From a virus (Duplodnaviria; Caudoviricetes): a stretch of 38,611 nt of DNA. The notes below the pieces were generated by a model. That model did not search any database. It was not told where the DNA came from and worked only from the letters and a program-made list of their open reading frames with translations. The DNA lies in the IMG/VR virus record IMGVR_UViG_3300049201_000022, positions 1 through 38,611 of that record; one strand, written 5' to 3'. Positions within the stretch are counted from its first letter, which is position 1. Every line of letters begins with the position of its first letter. Positions 34,398 through 38,611 of this stretch are shown piece by piece. The position numbers were made by a program, and so were the translations under genes.

Positions 34398-36070
34398 TGG
34401 CTGAGAACGTCACGCGCAATCAATACCTCGCTCGCTGGTCTGCACTCGACAGCGACTTCACCACGTGGCGTTCGCGGTACGAGGACATTTCCCGCAACAT
34501 CCTGCCGGTGTCCGGCCGCTTCTTCGCGGGCGAGCGCAACCGCGGCGACAAGACCTTCAACAAGATTTACGACTCCACCGGCACGCAGGCGTTGAAGACG
34601 CTGTCGGCGGGCCTCATGGCCGGCATGACCAGCCCGGCCCGGCCCTGGTTCCGGTTGTCCACGTCCGACCCCGCGCTCACGAAGTTCGCCCCGGTCAAGG
34701 TGTGGCTGGACGATGTGACGCGCATCCTGCAGGCGATTTTCTCGCGGTCGAACACGTACCGCGCGCTGCACTCCATGTACGGCGAGCTGGGCGCCTACGG
34801 CACCGCTGTGTCCATCGTGGCCGAGGACTTCGACACGGTCATCCACCACTACACCCTGACGGCCGGCGAGTATCGCCTGGCCACGAACTACAAGGGCGAA
34901 GTGGATTGCATGTATCGCGAATGCGAGAAGACCGTGGCCGAACTGGTCAAGGAATTCGGCCGCGAGAACTGCAGCACCAGCGTGGTGAGCGCGTACGACA
35001 GCGGCAAGCTAGACGCAAAGGTGACGATCATCCACGTCATCGAGCCGCGCGCGGACCGCGACCCGACCAAGCGCGACGCGAAGAACATGCCGTGGCGCTC
35101 GGTCTACTTCGAGAAGGCCAGCGACAACACGGACAAGGTGCTGCGCGAGTCGGGCTTCAAGATGTTCCGCGTGCTGGCACCCCGCTGGGAAACCTGGGGC
35201 GGCGACACGTACGGCATCAGCCCGAGCATGGAAGCGCTGGGCGACATCCGCCAGTTGCAGCACCAGCAGCTTCGCAAGGCGCAGGGCATCGACAAGATGG
35301 TGGACCCGCCGCTGATCCTGCCCACGAGTGCGAAGAACGGCATGCACAACTTCCTGCCCGGCGGCACGTCGTACATCGACATGAACGGACCGGGCCAGGT
35401 GCAGACCGCCTACAACGTCAACCTGAACCTGTCCTACCTGCTCGAAGACATCCGCGACGTGCGCGACCGTATCAACGGCGTGTTCTACGCGGACCTGTTC
35501 AAGATGCTGGCGATGAACGACGCGCAGCGCGGGCAGATGACCGCGACCGAAGTGGCCGAGCGCCACGAGGAAAAGCTGCTGATGCTCGGCCCCGTGCTGG
35601 AACGTCAGCACAACGAGCTGCTGGACCCGAAGATCGAACTGACGTTCATGCGCGCGCTCGAGGCGGGCATCCTGCCCGCGCCGCCCGAGGAACTGCACGG
35701 GCACGAGCTCAACGTCGAGTTCGTGTCGATTCTCGCGCAGGCGCAGCGCGCCATCGGCACCAACGGCATCGACCGCTTCGTCATGTCGCTGGGCCAGGTC
35801 GCCGCCGTCAAGCCCGACGTGCTGGACAAGTTCGACGCCGACGAGTGGGCCGACACGTACAGCGACATGCTCGGCGTGGACCCATCCCTCATCGTGGCCA
35901 GCGACAAGGTGGCCATCGTACGCAAGCAGCGCGCGCAGGCGCAGCAGGCCGCCCAGCAGACCGCGATGGCCGAGTCGGCCAGCAAGAGCGCGGCCAACCT
36001 GGCCGGCGCCGACACGGGCGGCAAGAACGCGCTGACCGACGTGATGCACAACCTGACCGGATACACCTGA
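34397..36070 (+). CDS. Portal (head-tail connector, T7 gp8/BPP-1-like)
   Basis: L.AGLM.GMTSPARPWF, YG.SP, MTATEV.ER.EEK..MLGPV; TGATG coupling. Confidence 0.92.
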   Translation: MAENVTRNQYLARWSALDSDFTTWRSRYEDISRNILPVSGRFFAGERNRGDKTFNKIYDSTGTQALKTLSAGLMAGMTSPARPWFRLSTSDPALTKFAPVKVWLDDVTRILQAIFSRSNTYRALHSMYGELGAYGTAVSIVAEDFDTVIHHYTLTAGEYRLATNYKGEVDCMYRECEKTVAELVKEFGRENCSTSVVSAYDSGKLDAKVTIIHVIEPRADRDPTKRDAKNMPWRSVYFEKASDNTDKVLRESGFKMFRVLAPRWETWGGDTYGISPSMEALGDIRQLQHQQLRKAQGIDKMVDPPLILPTSAKNGMHNFLPGGTSYIDMNGPGQVQTAYNVNLNLSYLLEDIRDVRDRINGVFYADLFKMLAMNDAQRGQMTATEVAERHEEKLLMLGPVLERQHNELLDPKIELTFMRALEAGILPAPPEELHGHELNVEFVSILAQAQRAIGTNGIDRFVMSLGQVAAVKPDVLDKFDADEWADTYSDMLGVDPSLIVASDKVAIVRKQRAQAQQAAQQTAMAESASKSAANLAGADTGGKNALTDVMHNLTGYT

Positions 36071-36073
36071 CCC

Positions 36074-36412
36074 ATGGCCACCATCGACAACAACCAGGGC
36101 GGCCAGGCCGGCAACGTCACCTACACGTGGACGCTGGCCAACGGCGACGACGGCAAGCCCGCCAACCACGCCGGCAGCGGCGACCGCACCGTGCAGGTGT
36201 TCGGCACCTTCGGCACGGGCGGCGCGCTCGTCATCGAGGGTTCGCAGAACGGCACGAACTGGAACACGCTGCGCGACGCCTTCGGGCAGAACTTGCAATT
36301 TACTGCGGCCGACCTGCGCGCCGTGGCCGAAAGCCCCGTGTACGTGCGCGCACGCGTGGCCAGCGGCGACGGCACCACGAGCTTGACCGCAATCCTTAGC
36401 ATTCGGAGGTAA
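36074..36412 (+). CDS. Putative virion beta-sandwich protein
   Basis: TVQVFGTFG, IEGSQNGTNW, YVRARV; follows portal. Confidence 0.6.
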   Translation: MATIDNNQGGQAGNVTYTWTLANGDDGKPANHAGSGDRTVQVFGTFGTGGALVIEGSQNGTNWNTLRDAFGQNLQFTAADLRAVAESPVYVRARVASGDGTTSLTAILSIRR

Positions 36413-36416
36413 CACC

Positions 36417-36794
36417 ATGGGTCTGCTCGACCGCTTCTTCAACAAGCCGGCCGCCGATACGCAATCGCTCGTCGTGCCGCAACGTTCCGGCATCCACCAC
36501 GCCACGCTCGCCGACGCCGGCCTGCGCTCGGGCATGTGGGTCACGGGCCGCGATGCCCCGCTCACCGGCATCCTGACCGGCTGCACGTCCGACGGCGTGG
36601 CCGAGGTCACGCTCGTCAAGCCCGACGGCACCACGCAGATGGCGCTCAACGACAAGGACGAGGTGGTGCCGAACATCTGGGCCACATCGGTGGACGCGCT
36701 GCGCCAGGCGTACCTGGACGAGATTCCCGAGCCGCGCCGCTCCAATCCCATCACGCTCGCCCGCCTGGGCTACGTTAAAAGGGCCAGCGCATGA
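36417..36794 (+). CDS. Hypothetical protein
   Basis: GGAGG RBS; packed in operon. Confidence 0.65.
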   Translation: MGLLDRFFNKPAADTQSLVVPQRSGIHHATLADAGLRSGMWVTGRDAPLTGILTGCTSDGVAEVTLVKPDGTTQMALNDKDEVVPNIWATSVDALRQAYLDEIPEPRRSNPITLARLGYVKRASA

Positions 36795-37186
36795 CGATCA
36801 TGGTCCCGAACACGGGCGAGGTCATCGCCCTGTCCTATCTCGTGAACAAGGCCGCGCCCGAGAACCTGGTCTACCGCCTGTTCACGAACAACATCACGCC
36901 GGCCGAGACCGACACGGCGGCCACCTACACCGAGGCGTCGGGCGCTGGCTACGGCGCCATCACGCTCACGGGCGCGAGCTGGTCGGTATCCGCCGGCAAC
37001 CCGAGCACCGCGTCGTACGCACAGCAGACGTGGACCTTTACCGGCGCGCTGGGCGCAACCGTCTACGGCTACTACGTGACGCGCGCCACCACGGGCGACC
37101 TCGTGCTCGCCGAGACCTTCACGTCGTTCACGCCCGCCGCGAACGGCGACAACATCAAGCTCACCCCGACCATCACCGCAGACTAA
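36791..37186 (+). CDS. Putative virion structural/fibre protein
   Basis: Thr/Ala-rich; LFTN..TP, EASGAGY, WTFT, YGYY. Confidence 0.6.
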   Translation: MTIMVPNTGEVIALSYLVNKAAPENLVYRLFTNNITPAETDTAATYTEASGAGYGAITLTGASWSVSAGNPSTASYAQQTWTFTGALGATVYGYYVTRATTGDLVLAETFTSFTPAANGDNIKLTPTITAD

Positions 37187-37189
37187 GCC

Positions 37190-37489
37190 ATGGCCCTCAT
37201 CGACATCTACAACGCCGCGAACAACGCTACTTTTCAGGGGCGATGCCTCGTCGCGGCCTGGACGGCCGCACAGGCAATCGTCAACGAATCGCCCGACACG
37301 CCGGGCCACGTCAACCGCCTCGACTGGGCCACGCGCGTGCTGCAGGACCGCGCGAACATCACCCCGCGCCAGCTCGCCGTGCAGGTGCTTCGCAACCCGA
37401 CCATCGCGCAATCGCCCGACACGGCCACCGACGGCGACCTGCAGTTCCAGGTGAATAGCGTGCTGCCCGACATCATCACCATCGGCTGA
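37190..37489 (+). CDS. Hypothetical (likely virion-associated) protein
   Basis: 3-nt spacing; phage-like codon usage. Confidence 0.6.
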   Translation: MALIDIYNAANNATFQGRCLVAAWTAAQAIVNESPDTPGHVNRLDWATRVLQDRANITPRQLAVQVLRNPTIAQSPDTATDGDLQFQVNSVLPDIITIG

Positions 37490-37490
37490 C

Positions 37491-37970
37491 ATGACGACCG
37501 CGAAGATTACCCAAGGCACGCGCACGCAGTTGTCGGGCGCTGCCGCTGCGATGAACAGCGCGAGCGGCGCCACGGCCACGTTCGTCACGCTCGGCACCAT
37601 CACGCACAACAGCAGCGGCAAGGTGCCCCTGGACTGCCTGGTCGAGCTGTCCGTCACCGCGCCGTCCACCGTGGGCGGCGGCAAGATGGTGTGGCTGTTC
37701 GCGCAGCCCTCGCTCGACGGCACGAACTTCGGCACCGGCCCGACCAGTGGTACGGCGACCACCGACATGCCGAACCTGCGGCTTATCGGCGGACTGCCGA
37801 TGAATTCCAACAACACGCTCGAGCGCGACGTGTTCTCACTCGCGGCGGCGTACCGCGGCAACGTGCTGCCCTTCGCCACCCGCCTTATCGCGTACATCGA
37901 CGTGGGCGCGGCGCTGCCCTCATCCGGCCACGACTGCTACACGATGGACGTGGCCGGCGACCTGACATAA
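37491..37970 (+). CDS. Putative virion beta-sandwich protein
   Basis: Thr/Gly/Ser-rich; SLDGTNF motif resembling that of 36074. Confidence 0.6.
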   Translation: MTTAKITQGTRTQLSGAAAAMNSASGATATFVTLGTITHNSSGKVPLDCLVELSVTAPSTVGGGKMVWLFAQPSLDGTNFGTGPTSGTATTDMPNLRLIGGLPMNSNNTLERDVFSLAAAYRGNVLPFATRLIAYIDVGAALPSSGHDCYTMDVAGDLT

Positions 37971-37973
37971 ACC

Positions 37974-38611
37974 ATGCCGCTGCTACCGCTGACCGCGCGC
38001 TGCACGCAGCAACCCACGCAGGCGCCACAAATCGACTGGTCCAACCCCATCACGCAGGGGTTGGCCTTCGCGTTTGCGCACGGCCCCGCGGCGATGGGGT
38101 GGTCGGTCAACGGGCAAAGTTTCATCCCCTACAGCGCGGCGTCGATGACCCCGACACTCGCGGGCACCGCTGCGAAATCAAACTCGAGCACCAGTCGCGC
38201 GTACCAGATCAGCGGCAACCACGGCATCACGAGCACGAACTACAGCCTGTTCGCGGTCGGCACGGCGTCATCCGGCGTGACGCAAAACGCGATTGACGCC
38301 GACAACAGCAGCCCGCGTTACTTCCAGTTCCGTATCAACGCAAACAAGGTCGAATTCATCCCGTTCAACACGAGCGCGGCCGTCACCGGCCAGCCCGTGA
38401 TTGCCACGGCGCTGACCGCGGCCGAGCTGGCCCGCGGCATCCGAATGGGCGCGACCGCCAGCCCGACGCGCACGGCGGCGTTCCAGAACGGGCAGATTGC
38501 AACAGCCACGCCATCGAGCTTGATTGCACCGACTACGGCGCTGCCGCTTTCCATCGGTGTGCGCGCAACCGGCACGGCCGGCGGCTGGAACACCGGCGGC
38601 CTGGCCATGGT
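37974..38611 (+). CDS. LamG/ConA-like lectin-domain protein (3' truncated; not in ORF track)
   Basis: Open frame from MPLLPL...IDWSNPITQGL to window end; AFQNG and PLSIG patterns. Confidence 0.55.
   Translation, partial: MPLLPLTARCTQQPTQAPQIDWSNPITQGLAFAFAHGPAAMGWSVNGQSFIPYSAASMTPTLAGTAAKSNSSTSRAYQISGNHGITSTNYSLFAVGTASSGVTQNAIDADNSSPRYFQFRINANKVEFIPFNTSAAVTGQPVIATALTAAELARGIRMGATASPTRTAAFQNGQIATATPSSLIAPTTALPLSIGVRATGTAGGWNTGGLAM

Overview
The whole window is phage DNA: a GC-rich temperate podovirus with BPP-1/epsilon15-like gene content. The host is probably a betaproteobacterium (inference). An intact attP (3' part of tRNA-Arg(ACG) with arm-type and IHF sites) has phage genes on both sides, so this looks like the excised or virion form rather than an integrated prophage. 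Gene order: ejection proteins (including a 1993-aa polyvalent protein), tailspike, lysis cassette, attP/int/xis, a leftward replication operon (SNF2 helicase, VRR-NUC, PolA, SSB, Cas4-like exonuclease), an immunity switch, primase-VapE with an iteron origin, terminases, portal and a cluster of small beta-rich virion genes. No capsid or tail-tube gene is recognisable; these presumably lie outside the window. Best novelty candidates: (1) a gene next to attP fusing a copy of the integrase N-terminal arm-binding domain to an intact-looking GIY-YIG nuclease; (2) a ~250-nt intergenic structured RNA made of a tRNA-like cloverleaf with no canonical anticodon loop, closed by a 17-bp stem and followed by crossing helices; (3) a CI/Cro switch made of two paralogues. 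All product calls come from motif recognition by eye; no database searches were run.
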